In this document: piece after piece, positions 56,466-64,000 of the stretch
How the letters are laid out: every line of letters starts with the position of its first letter
Numbering within the stretch: position 1 is the first letter of the stretch
Origin: Ylistrum balloti
Taxonomy: Eukaryota
Assembly (NCBI RefSeq): GCF_031769215.1
Contig: NW_026782979.1
Location: 1 to 64,000 of the forward strand
Direction of reading: 5' to 3'
DNA: 64,000 bases
Notes under the pieces: model-generated
What the model was told of the DNA's origin: nothing
Database searches by the model: none
What the model saw: only the letters and a program-made list of their open reading frames with translations
Position numbers and translations under genes: made by a program

Positions 56466-58403
56466 ATGCGGCAGTTTTTAGTTTTAGCTCTTTTAGCATT
56501 TATCTCTAGCCTTTATTATCCCGCTATCGTTTGCGCTGAAGCTGTCGTATTAAATTCGAATACCTTAAAAAAACTTGGTATTACCGATGCAAAAGTAGCT
56601 CCATTGTTTCCCTTTAAAGAGTTCTATCGAACATCTGATATTCATGATTTTCAGTTTAGGCCAGATAAACAAGGTGTCTATTTTTTAAAATCAGACGGCA
56701 AAGTAACAAATATTTTTCAGTATGATTTTGTCACAAAGGATATTATTCAGGTTACACGTTACAGAGAGCCTGTTGGTGCTTACATTGTTGGCCCTCAAGG
56801 TAAACGATTATATATTCAGAAAGATATTGGTGGTGATGAGGTCTATGATCTCTATGAATTTGATTTAGAGTCTAGAAAAACGCGCTTAATTACTCAAGAA
56901 GAGAATATGAGAGGTGAGAGTAGTTATCTTTGTGACTTAAGTGTTGATGGTAAAAAACTCTATTTTTTCTCTCAGGGTATGCAGCGTATTTTTTATTCTG
57001 ATATTAAAATTTTTGATACAACCACACAGAGTATACAGACGATTGTTAAAGGAGATAATGAGGTTCTTTATTGTGGGGGCTTAGATCAAGATAATAAGTA
57101 TCTCGCATTTGCAAAATATATTGATAATAATGAGCACCATATAGGATATATAGATCTCAAAACCAATACGCCTAATTATATTCTTGCTGAAGCAGGAGTT
57201 GCTAATAGTTTGGGCGTTTTTGATTCTTCACATTCTTTGCTTTTTAGTAGTACAAAAGATTCAGATATTCATCGTATTTGGTCGTACAACTTTGTTGATA
57301 AACGTTTGCAATTGTTACCAGTACCTATACCGTATGATGTTACTGGTTTTGGTCTTTATGCACAGGGAACCCTTTCTGTTCTTTCTTACCGAGGACAATT
57401 GGCAGAAAAGACTAAAATTTATTCTGGGCAATTTCAGCAAGAAATTACATTACCTTTTAATGAGGGGGTTATTAAAGGGGCAATGTTTGATCAAAAGAAT
57501 CCAGATTTAGGTATTGTTGCTGTGCAAACTGGGGTTGCACCTCTTAAGTATTATTTGCTATCTGGCAATAATAAGACACTTATTTATGATGCGAATCAGT
57601 CAAAAATAGATAGCAAGTATTTTTCTCAATCTTTTTCATTATTTGTTAATAGTTTCGATGGCATACAGGTGCCCGTACATTACTTTATTCCTAACGGAAC
57701 ATCAGCATCTATAAAAAGGCCTGTTATCTTTTTGATTCATGGTGGTCCAGAAGATCATATTGATCCTATTTATTCGCCTACAATTCAATATTTTGTTAAC
57801 AATGGATATCTTGTTGTCGCGCCCAATGTTCGTGGGAGTACCGGATTTGGTAAAGCCTATCAGTTTATGGATAATGGCGATTGGGGTGGTGGACATATTA
57901 AAGATATCGTTGCTGTTGCACATTTTACACAGACCTTAGATTTTGTACTGTCTGACAAGATGATGATAGCTGGTGGTAGCTTTGGCGGTTTTAGCGTGAT
58001 GTCATTAATCACACAATACCCTACTTTATTTCAAGCAGCTGTTGATCTTTTTGGTCCTATTGAATTTTCGTTTTTTTTGGAGGGGTGGCCACCGCAGATA
58101 CAACAGTTTTGGTTAACAGAATTAGGAGCTGATCCTCGACAAGACCAAGCATTTAATAAACAGGTTTCTCCACTATACCATTTAGACAAAGTTCAAATTC
58201 CTCTCCAAGTTCATCAAGGTGCAAATGATAGCCGGGTCCCTAAGTCTCAATCTGACAAACTTGTTGCAGGTTTAAGAGCACGCAATATTCCTGTAGATTA
58301 TTTTGTTTACCGTGGAGAAGGACACGGGTTTAGCAAATTTAAGAATGAAAAGAAGTGTTATACAAGAATTATCAAATTTGCTAATTCTTATTTACGTGAC
58401 TAG
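56466..58403 (+). CDS. S9 family serine peptidase (prolyl oligopeptidase/acylaminoacyl type), exported
   Basis: Signal peptide, beta-propeller, LIHGGP, PNVRGSTGFG, GGSFGG nucleophile, GANDSRV, EGHG. Confidence 0.93.
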   Translation: MRQFLVLALLAFISSLYYPAIVCAEAVVLNSNTLKKLGITDAKVAPLFPFKEFYRTSDIHDFQFRPDKQGVYFLKSDGKVTNIFQYDFVTKDIIQVTRYREPVGAYIVGPQGKRLYIQKDIGGDEVYDLYEFDLESRKTRLITQEENMRGESSYLCDLSVDGKKLYFFSQGMQRIFYSDIKIFDTTTQSIQTIVKGDNEVLYCGGLDQDNKYLAFAKYIDNNEHHIGYIDLKTNTPNYILAEAGVANSLGVFDSSHSLLFSSTKDSDIHRIWSYNFVDKRLQLLPVPIPYDVTGFGLYAQGTLSVLSYRGQLAEKTKIYSGQFQQEITLPFNEGVIKGAMFDQKNPDLGIVAVQTGVAPLKYYLLSGNNKTLIYDANQSKIDSKYFSQSFSLFVNSFDGIQVPVHYFIPNGTSASIKRPVIFLIHGGPEDHIDPIYSPTIQYFVNNGYLVVAPNVRGSTGFGKAYQFMDNGDWGGGHIKDIVAVAHFTQTLDFVLSDKMMIAGGSFGGFSVMSLITQYPTLFQAAVDLFGPIEFSFFLEGWPPQIQQFWLTELGADPRQDQAFNKQVSPLYHLDKVQIPLQVHQGANDSRVPKSQSDKLVAGLRARNIPVDYFVYRGEGHGFSKFKNEKKCYTRIIKFANSYLRD

Positions 58404-58483
58404 TTATCTCGCTAGCAAAATTTTTAGTTTAATTTGGTAACTGTTTTAAGTTTACTCTTGTATCTGTTTTGTGTCGCTTAAGG

Positions 58484-58807
58484 TTATTTAACCTTAGATT
58501 GACATAAGTCAGAAATTGCCCGAAGTTCTTGGATAATTTTATTTAGATTTTCACTTGGAGGGGCTATTACCTGTTTTTGGCCTAAGACCTTTTTTGCGCC
58601 TTGATCAGTATAACCTTTGTCATAGAGTAGTGTTTTAATTGTCTGAATTTTTTGGATATCTTTTTGGCGGTAGAGTCGCTGTTTGCCAATACCTTTTTTA
58701 GGTTTTAGCTGAGGGAATTAACATTACCAAAAGCGTAGTACATGGGTAGGTACATCTACTAATTTACTAATTTCTCCAATACGATAGAATAGTTTTTCAG
58801 TTGTCAA
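58484..58807 (-). pseudogene. MerR-family regulator with two in-frame TAA codons (missed by track)
   Basis: TTG start: MTTEKLFYRIGEISKLVDVPTHVLRFW*C*FPQLKP...QRLYRQKDI...LLYDKGYT.QGAKK; usual position after ihfA. Confidence 0.85.
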
Positions 58808-58815
58808 CGTAAACC

Positions 58816-59106
58816 TTATTCTAAATGTGGGTTCATGCGCCGTTTTAGTCTTTCACTTGGGCGAAATGTAACAACGTGACGTTCTGGAATGGGAACTGCT
58901 TCTTTAGTTCTTGGATTGCGCCCAATACGTGGTTTACGTGTGACTACTTCAAAGACGCCAAAATTACTAAGGCTTACAGGACGATGTTGTTCTAATTCGC
59001 TAACCATTTTATCTAAGATAAAAGTTGTCCAATGCTCTGCTTCACGTCCAGGAAGTCCAAATTTTTCTTGGAGTGCGTCTGCTAAGTCTTGCCTTGTTAG
59101 ACTCAT
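58816..59106 (-). CDS. ihfA: Integration host factor alpha subunit
   Basis: LTRQDLA, VSLSNFGVF, RIGRNPRTKE.VPIPER.VVTFRPS. Confidence 0.88.
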   Translation of the reverse strand: MSLTRQDLADALQEKFGLPGREAEHWTTFILDKMVSELEQHRPVSLSNFGVFEVVTRKPRIGRNPRTKEAVPIPERHVVTFRPSERLKRRMNPHLE

Positions 59107-59374
59107 AGTTTTATCTACCTAACAATATCAAAGTGAAAATTTTGTATTAAAACCCTCTGTAAATCTACTATAATCTACTATGCTCTGTCGTGTCTAATGT
59201 TTTACTTTTAAGCAACGACTTAACGTATACAACCCCAGGACTATTACTGCATTTGATATAAGCATATTGCAGACATTTATGTTATTGCTTAAAGTTTAAT
59301 TAGAAATCGTAGTCTACCGGATTAAGTAAACAAAGTAACATCATACACAAACGTATAGAGCCGGTTCAATATTT

Positions 59375-60031
59375 ATGCAGCACAACAGGTTTTCTATGTT
59401 TCAATCATTGGCAGCTACTAGTCAATCTGGGCTCTATCTTTTATTTGACCCTCGTACGCGTTTAGATTGGTTGGATATACTTCGGGATTTACATCTGTTA
59501 GGTATTGGTATGTTTCAGTTACGTGCTAAAGGAGCGAAGACACTAGATTTACAATATTGGCTTGAAGATGCTCGCCAAGTTTTAGGTGATGCGTGTCTAA
59601 CCATTAATGACCTACCATCATTAGCTCTTGGCAATTGTGTTGATGGTGTCCATCTTGGACCTGATGATATGTTGCCACAAACAGCTCGTTTACATATTGG
59701 CTACCAAAAGATTATTGGTCTTAGTGGCGATGATGCTTTACGACTTGCGGGGCCAGTTGCTCAGCAAGCTGATTATTTTGGTGTTGGTACATTTCGACAA
59801 ACAGCTACAAAACCAAATGCTGGTAAACCAATTGGTCTTAAAGGTTTAAAGAAAGCGGTGACATTAACAAAAAAACCAATTTTTGCTATTGGTGGTATCG
59901 TCCCAGCGGATGCGGGAGCTATACGTTCTACAGGTGCTTTTGGTATGGCAATTTATTCTGCAATTTGGTCGGCACCAGATCCTATTCAGGTAGCTAAAGA
60001 ATTTATTCATAATTGGCAACAGGCATCTTGA
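59375..60031 (+). CDS. thiE: Thiamine-phosphate synthase
   Basis: QLRAK, INDL, DGVHLGPDD, ADYFGVG, TATKP, AIGGI. Confidence 0.92.
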   Translation: MQHNRFSMFQSLAATSQSGLYLLFDPRTRLDWLDILRDLHLLGIGMFQLRAKGAKTLDLQYWLEDARQVLGDACLTINDLPSLALGNCVDGVHLGPDDMLPQTARLHIGYQKIIGLSGDDALRLAGPVAQQADYFGVGTFRQTATKPNAGKPIGLKGLKKAVTLTKKPIFAIGGIVPADAGAIRSTGAFGMAIYSAIWSAPDPIQVAKEFIHNWQQAS

Positions 60032-60038
60032 TACGTAG

Positions 60039-60899
60039 GTGCAGTATCAAACCTTGGTAGACATAATTACTAATAATCTGATGAACAAAAATAAACAGTT
60101 ACCTATTGCTTGTAGTATTGCTGGTAGTGATTCTTGTGGTGGTGCTGGTATACAAGCTGATTTACGTACCTTTGCCTTACACGGAGTCCATGGTGCTTCT
60201 GTCGTTACAGCCTTAACAGCCCAAAATACATTACAGGTTTGTGATATTCAGATTTGTGATGTTGATTTTGTTGTAACTCAATTGAAGGCAGTTGTAACAG
60301 ATCTTTCCATTCAGGTTTTTAAAACAGGTATGCTCGCCAATTCTGCCATTGTCGAAGCAGTTGCTTTATTGTTGACAGATATCCCAGATTTACAACTTGT
60401 GCTTGATCCTGTTATGGTTTCGACATCTGGCCAGGAACTTTATGAGTTTCAGGGGATAGATTTATTACAAAGAAAATTGTTTCCTCTTGCAACCATTGTG
60501 ACTCCTAATATTGCGGAGGCCGAACAGTTGCTGGGCCAAAATATTGTATTAACAGAGCAAGCTATTGAAGATGCCGCGCGACGTCTTTACGATCGTTTTG
60601 GTACTGCTGTTTTATTAAAAGGTGGTCATTCCTTGGGGGCTGCCAATGATGTTTTGGTTACAGAACACAGTGTTCAATGGCTACAAGCAGATCGGATTAT
60701 GTTAGGCGTAACACATGGCACAGGTTGCCATTTATCTGCTGCGATTACGGCACGCCTTGCTTTAGGAGAATCTCTAGTTGATGCGGTTTATGGCGCTAAA
60801 TATTGGTTAACAGATGCCCTTAAACGATCAGTTCCTATTGGGCAGGGAGGTGTGTCTCCTTGGCCCCAGTCTATATTCTTACTTAGTACGCTACAGTAA
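60039..60899 (+). CDS. thiD: Hydroxymethylpyrimidine/phosphomethylpyrimidine kinase
   Basis: [42 protein letters not shown]. Confidence 0.96.
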   Translation: MQYQTLVDIITNNLMNKNKQLPIACSIAGSDSCGGAGIQADLRTFALHGVHGASVVTALTAQNTLQVCDIQICDVDFVVTQLKAVVTDLSIQVFKTGMLANSAIVEAVALLLTDIPDLQLVLDPVMVSTSGQELYEFQGIDLLQRKLFPLATIVTPNIAEAEQLLGQNIVLTEQAIEDAARRLYDRFGTAVLLKGGHSLGAANDVLVTEHSVQWLQADRIMLGVTHGTGCHLSAAITARLALGESLVDAVYGAKYWLTDALKRSVPIGQGGVSPWPQSIFLLSTLQ

Positions 60900-60938
60900 G
60901 ATTTTGAACATTATAATCATTTAGATATCGAGTATGTT

Positions 60939-61463
60939 ATGAATTATATTTCTATTTATATCCGAGTAGTGGATGCCATTAGTGAACGTTTAGGCAATGT
61001 TGTCTCTTGGTTAACTACAGTTCTTGTGATTCTTGTTTGTACAAATGTTGCCCTTAGATATCTTGGCGGGCGTAGTCTTTTGTTGTTGCAAGACCTTTCT
61101 TGGTATCTTTTTGGCGCGCTTTTTTTGTTAGGAGCTGGGTTTACATTTAAACATAATCGACATGTACGTGTTGATGTGTTTTATAGCCAGTTCTCGACTA
61201 AAACTCAAGCTTGGATAGATATTTTTGGTCTTGTTGTATGTTTGTTACCGTTTTGTGTTTTAGGCATTGTGATGTCATTTGATTTTGTAACCCATTCATT
61301 TTTAATTCGCGAAACATCGCCAGACCCTGGTGGCTTGCCCGCACGTTACCTTGCTAAAGCTTGTATCCCAATTGGTTTTTTATTATTGTTTTTGCAAGCA
61401 TTAGCAGAAGCAGGAAGACGTTTTTTAGAACTTCGTACGCAAGCTATTGATGGTAACCGGTAA
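60939..61463 (+). CDS. dctQ: TRAP transporter small permease
   Basis: Four TMs, HVRVDVFY, SPDPGGLP. Confidence 0.92.
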   Translation: MNYISIYIRVVDAISERLGNVVSWLTTVLVILVCTNVALRYLGGRSLLLLQDLSWYLFGALFLLGAGFTFKHNRHVRVDVFYSQFSTKTQAWIDIFGLVVCLLPFCVLGIVMSFDFVTHSFLIRETSPDPGGLPARYLAKACIPIGFLLLFLQALAEAGRRFLELRTQAIDGNR

Positions 61464-61468
61464 CTTAT

Positions 61469-62815
61469 ATGTTAGGCCTTATTTTATTTGTTGTTGTGTT
61501 GTTGACACTCCTTCTTGGTTTTCCTGTGGCGTTTACTTTAGGAGGTGTTTCGACACTCTATGGATTTGCTGTTTTTGGCAGTTCTTTTTTTGAGTTTTTG
61601 CCTTTACGTATTTGGGGGATTGTCAATAATCAACTTTTAATTGCGGTGCCATTATTTGTTTATATGGGTGTTATGTTAGAGCGCTCTGGTCTAGCCGAAG
61701 ACTTATTAGAAACAATGGCGTTATTATTTGGGCGTCTACGAGGAGGTTTAGCAATCTCAGTTGTTGTTGTTGGTACGTTACTTGCCGCATCAACAGGTAT
61801 TGTTGGAGCTACTGTTGTTACGATGGGGTTACTTAGTTTGCCGACAATGCTTAAGCGTGGGTATCGTACTGAGTTAGCAGCTGGTACGATTGCAGCTTCT
61901 GGAACATTAGGGCAGATTATACCACCTAGTATCGTACTAGTTCTGCTTGGTAGTGTTCTCAATGTTGCTGTCGGTGATATGTTTATTGGAGCAGTTATTC
62001 CTGGTTTATTACTTGTTTCTCTTTATCTCATTTGGATTATTGTTATTGCTATTGTGCAGCCGGACTCTGCACCGGCGATGCCTGAGCAATCCGTGATTGC
62101 TTTTAGAAAACAGCAAATGTGGCGTCGAACAGTCGGTGCCTTTTTAGCACCTATATTACTTATTGTTGCGGTGCTTGGGTCTATTTTTGCAGGTATTGCC
62201 TCACCAACAGAAGCTGCAGCTGTTGGGGCTTTGGGGGCCACTGTATTGACAATGCTACAGAGGCGATTTTCTAAAGAGACGCTAGATGCAGTGATGCGTG
62301 AGACTACTTTTTTGACCTGTATGGTCTTTTTAATTCTTGTTGGAGCATCTGCATTTAGTCTTGTATTTCGTGGTTTAGGCGGTGATGTCTATTTGGCAGA
62401 TTTGGTTGTACAGGCCAATTTATCACCTTATGTTTTTTTGGCTCTGTTTATGTTTGTAGTTTTTGTTGCTGGTTTTTTTATTGACTTTATCGAGATAACA
62501 TTTATCCTTGTTCCTGTTGCTGTTCCTGTTTTGCAAATGATGGGATTAGATTTACTATGGGTAGGTGTTTTAATTGCCATCAATCTGCAAACATCTTTTT
62601 TGACACCTCCTTTTGGTTTTTCCTTATTTTATTTAAAAGGTGTAGCTCCTGAGCAAGTTTCTACGAAACAGATTTATCGTGGTATTTTGCCTTTTGTTGT
62701 CATTCAACTATTTGCACTGTTACTAGTTTGGTTTATTCCAGAGTCTGTTACCTGTTTACCTGAATATCTTATTCGAGATGTAGCAGTTAGTGACTTACGT
62801 TGCTGGGAGCACTAA
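61469..62815 (+). CDS. dctM: TRAP transporter large permease
   Basis: AVPLFVYMG, GTLGQIIPPS, SPTEAAAVGA, QTSFLTPPFG. Confidence 0.95.
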   Translation: MLGLILFVVVLLTLLLGFPVAFTLGGVSTLYGFAVFGSSFFEFLPLRIWGIVNNQLLIAVPLFVYMGVMLERSGLAEDLLETMALLFGRLRGGLAISVVVVGTLLAASTGIVGATVVTMGLLSLPTMLKRGYRTELAAGTIAASGTLGQIIPPSIVLVLLGSVLNVAVGDMFIGAVIPGLLLVSLYLIWIIVIAIVQPDSAPAMPEQSVIAFRKQQMWRRTVGAFLAPILLIVAVLGSIFAGIASPTEAAAVGALGATVLTMLQRRFSKETLDAVMRETTFLTCMVFLILVGASAFSLVFRGLGGDVYLADLVVQANLSPYVFLALFMFVVFVAGFFIDFIEITFILVPVAVPVLQMMGLDLLWVGVLIAINLQTSFLTPPFGFSLFYLKGVAPEQVSTKQIYRGILPFVVIQLFALLLVWFIPESVTCLPEYLIRDVAVSDLRCWEH

Positions 62816-62983
62816 TAGTTCTGTAGGCAATTATTAAGAGTCATTTAAGTTCTTAATCTATTTTGTATCCCTAAAACAGGGATTAGCTAGACTTTAAGGA
62901 TAAAATGTAGTGTGTTGTAATTTGTCTAGAAGGTTATACAGATAGTCTTTGTCTTAAAGCTTGATAAAGGGAAGGCGTGAAGG

Positions 62984-64000
62984 ATGCTAAATAAATATTT
63001 GCCAGTGTTAGTAGTCTTGTCTCTATTGTCTTTTTCTCTGCTTGGCTGTTCTGTGGAACACGAGGTGCCAATAGAAACGGTACGTATTCAAACAGCTAAA
63101 GATTGTTTTGAACGGGCAGATTATGATTGTGTTCAGAAGCAGTTAGAGCTTCTTGTGGCTAATAATGAGCAGTTGCGTGCAGAGAAATATGTTGGTTTGG
63201 CATTAGCTGAACTTGGCATTTGGCTAACAGATGTTGGTGCGACGATTGTTAAAATTGCTGAATTAGTTCAGGAGACAACAGATTCTGGTAGCAAAAGGCA
63301 AGTTCGGTTACTTACCGATGAACTTGTTGGTAATACAATTATCAACCGGTTGGTCTATACGATTTTGATTACAGATTATGAACGTTTGTTAAAGGTAATC
63401 AGTGCATTTGAGACAGCAATCCATCAACAGCAAGATTTTGTTGTTGAGTATCCTGGGTTATTATTTAAAATTGGCAAAATACCTCTTGTTCTCTTTTCTG
63501 GTCAGGTTAAGCAAGCAGAGCTTTTATTATTAAAAAGCTTATTGCATTTTGCTACAGCTGTGTTGTCGCTTGTCTTAGCAACTGATTTTGAGATTCCTCT
63601 TGCAGACCTAATTGATTATGGACGTAGTCTAGAAGTTTGTAATGCCGAGCATACTATTAATGGCACTAGCCGATGTGCTCGGCAGCTAGCTGCATTTGCT
63701 ATTCATAATAGTGAGCGAGCTTTACGTCCTCAACTCAATCGTGGTGATCATTTTCGTATGTTAGCAGCTAAGCAGTTGACAGCTTTTTTTGCAGAGACCG
63801 ATCGCTTTTTTACTTCGTTACGTCAACGTTCTGCAGTTCAATCAGAGGAAACTACACAGCATATTATTACCTGGCAAGATAGGTTGTCAGGTGGTGGTTG
63901 GGTTCGACTACGATTTTCAGAGGTCTTACTTAAGGAGCACACAATTCAAGATCTCTTACAGGATCGTTCACAAGTTCTTGAGATTCAAGAATACTTAGAG
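62984..64000 (+). CDS. Hypothetical lipoprotein, runs off window end (missed by track)
   Basis: ATG 62984, MLNKYLPVLVVLSLLSFSLLGC (lipobox), open for 339 codons to the edge. Confidence 0.8.
   Translation, partial: MLNKYLPVLVVLSLLSFSLLGCSVEHEVPIETVRIQTAKDCFERADYDCVQKQLELLVANNEQLRAEKYVGLALAELGIWLTDVGATIVKIAELVQETTDSGSKRQVRLLTDELVGNTIINRLVYTILITDYERLLKVISAFETAIHQQQDFVVEYPGLLFKIGKIPLVLFSGQVKQAELLLLKSLLHFATAVLSLVLATDFEIPLADLIDYGRSLEVCNAEHTINGTSRCARQLAAFAIHNSERALRPQLNRGDHFRMLAAKQLTAFFAETDRFFTSLRQRSAVQSEETTQHIITWQDRLSGGGWVRLRFSEVLLKEHTIQDLLQDRSQVLEIQEYLE

Noticed and set aside
58712-58729. Stop-codon reassignment (TAA read as Glu)
   Set aside because: Many well-defined genes in the window end in TAA, so a genome-wide recoding is not supported.
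56466-59106. Functional link between the prophage and nearby ihfA
   Set aside because: IHF is a known Mu cofactor, but Mu-like insertion is near-random and nothing in the sequence ties the two.
59107-59374. TPP riboswitch upstream of thiE
   Set aside because: I could not find the conserved CUGAGA and ACCUG core elements.
1-64000. tRNA or rRNA genes
   Set aside because: No cloverleaf or rRNA-like sequence was recognised in any intergenic gap; tRNAscan-SE would be the definitive check.

Overview
AT-rich bacterial chromosome segment, probably from a deltaproteobacteria-like lineage (inferred from the sirC-ccsA-hemA-hemC-cobA/hemD gene order). The left arm (1-19.5 kb) starts with three effector-like genes: a PI3/4-kinase-like ORF that the track missed because it runs off the window edge, a caspase-fold C80/DUF4347-like fragment and a secreted GNAT-like protein. 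These are followed by a tetrapyrrole operon, envelope and lipoprotein genes, an RlmI-like methyltransferase and a GT2. The centre (about 20.9-56.4 kb, minus strand) is a near-complete Mu-like transposable prophage with repressor, Ner-position HTH, MuA, MuB, Gam, GemA, Mor, lysis, terminase, portal, head, contractile tail and baseplate genes. Its right end appears to have been deleted by an IS3 element (19512-20872), and its holin and tail-fibre chaperone are frameshifted. The right arm holds an S9 peptidase, a MerR pseudogene with two ochre codons (missed by the track), ihfA, thiE, thiD, TRAP dctQM and a partial lipoprotein. The most notable leads are (i) three 11-bp-phased TT(T/G)(A/C)AA arrays spread through the prophage, (ii) a transposase N-terminal HTH paralogous to the Ner-position protein, with 10-bp-phased repeats on both sides of that gene, (iii) cargo genes in the G-I slot where Pseudomonas Mu-like phages carry anti-CRISPRs, and (iv) the effector-like cluster at the left edge. 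All family calls come from motifs read by eye; no database search was run. Several single-base frameshifts could be consensus errors.
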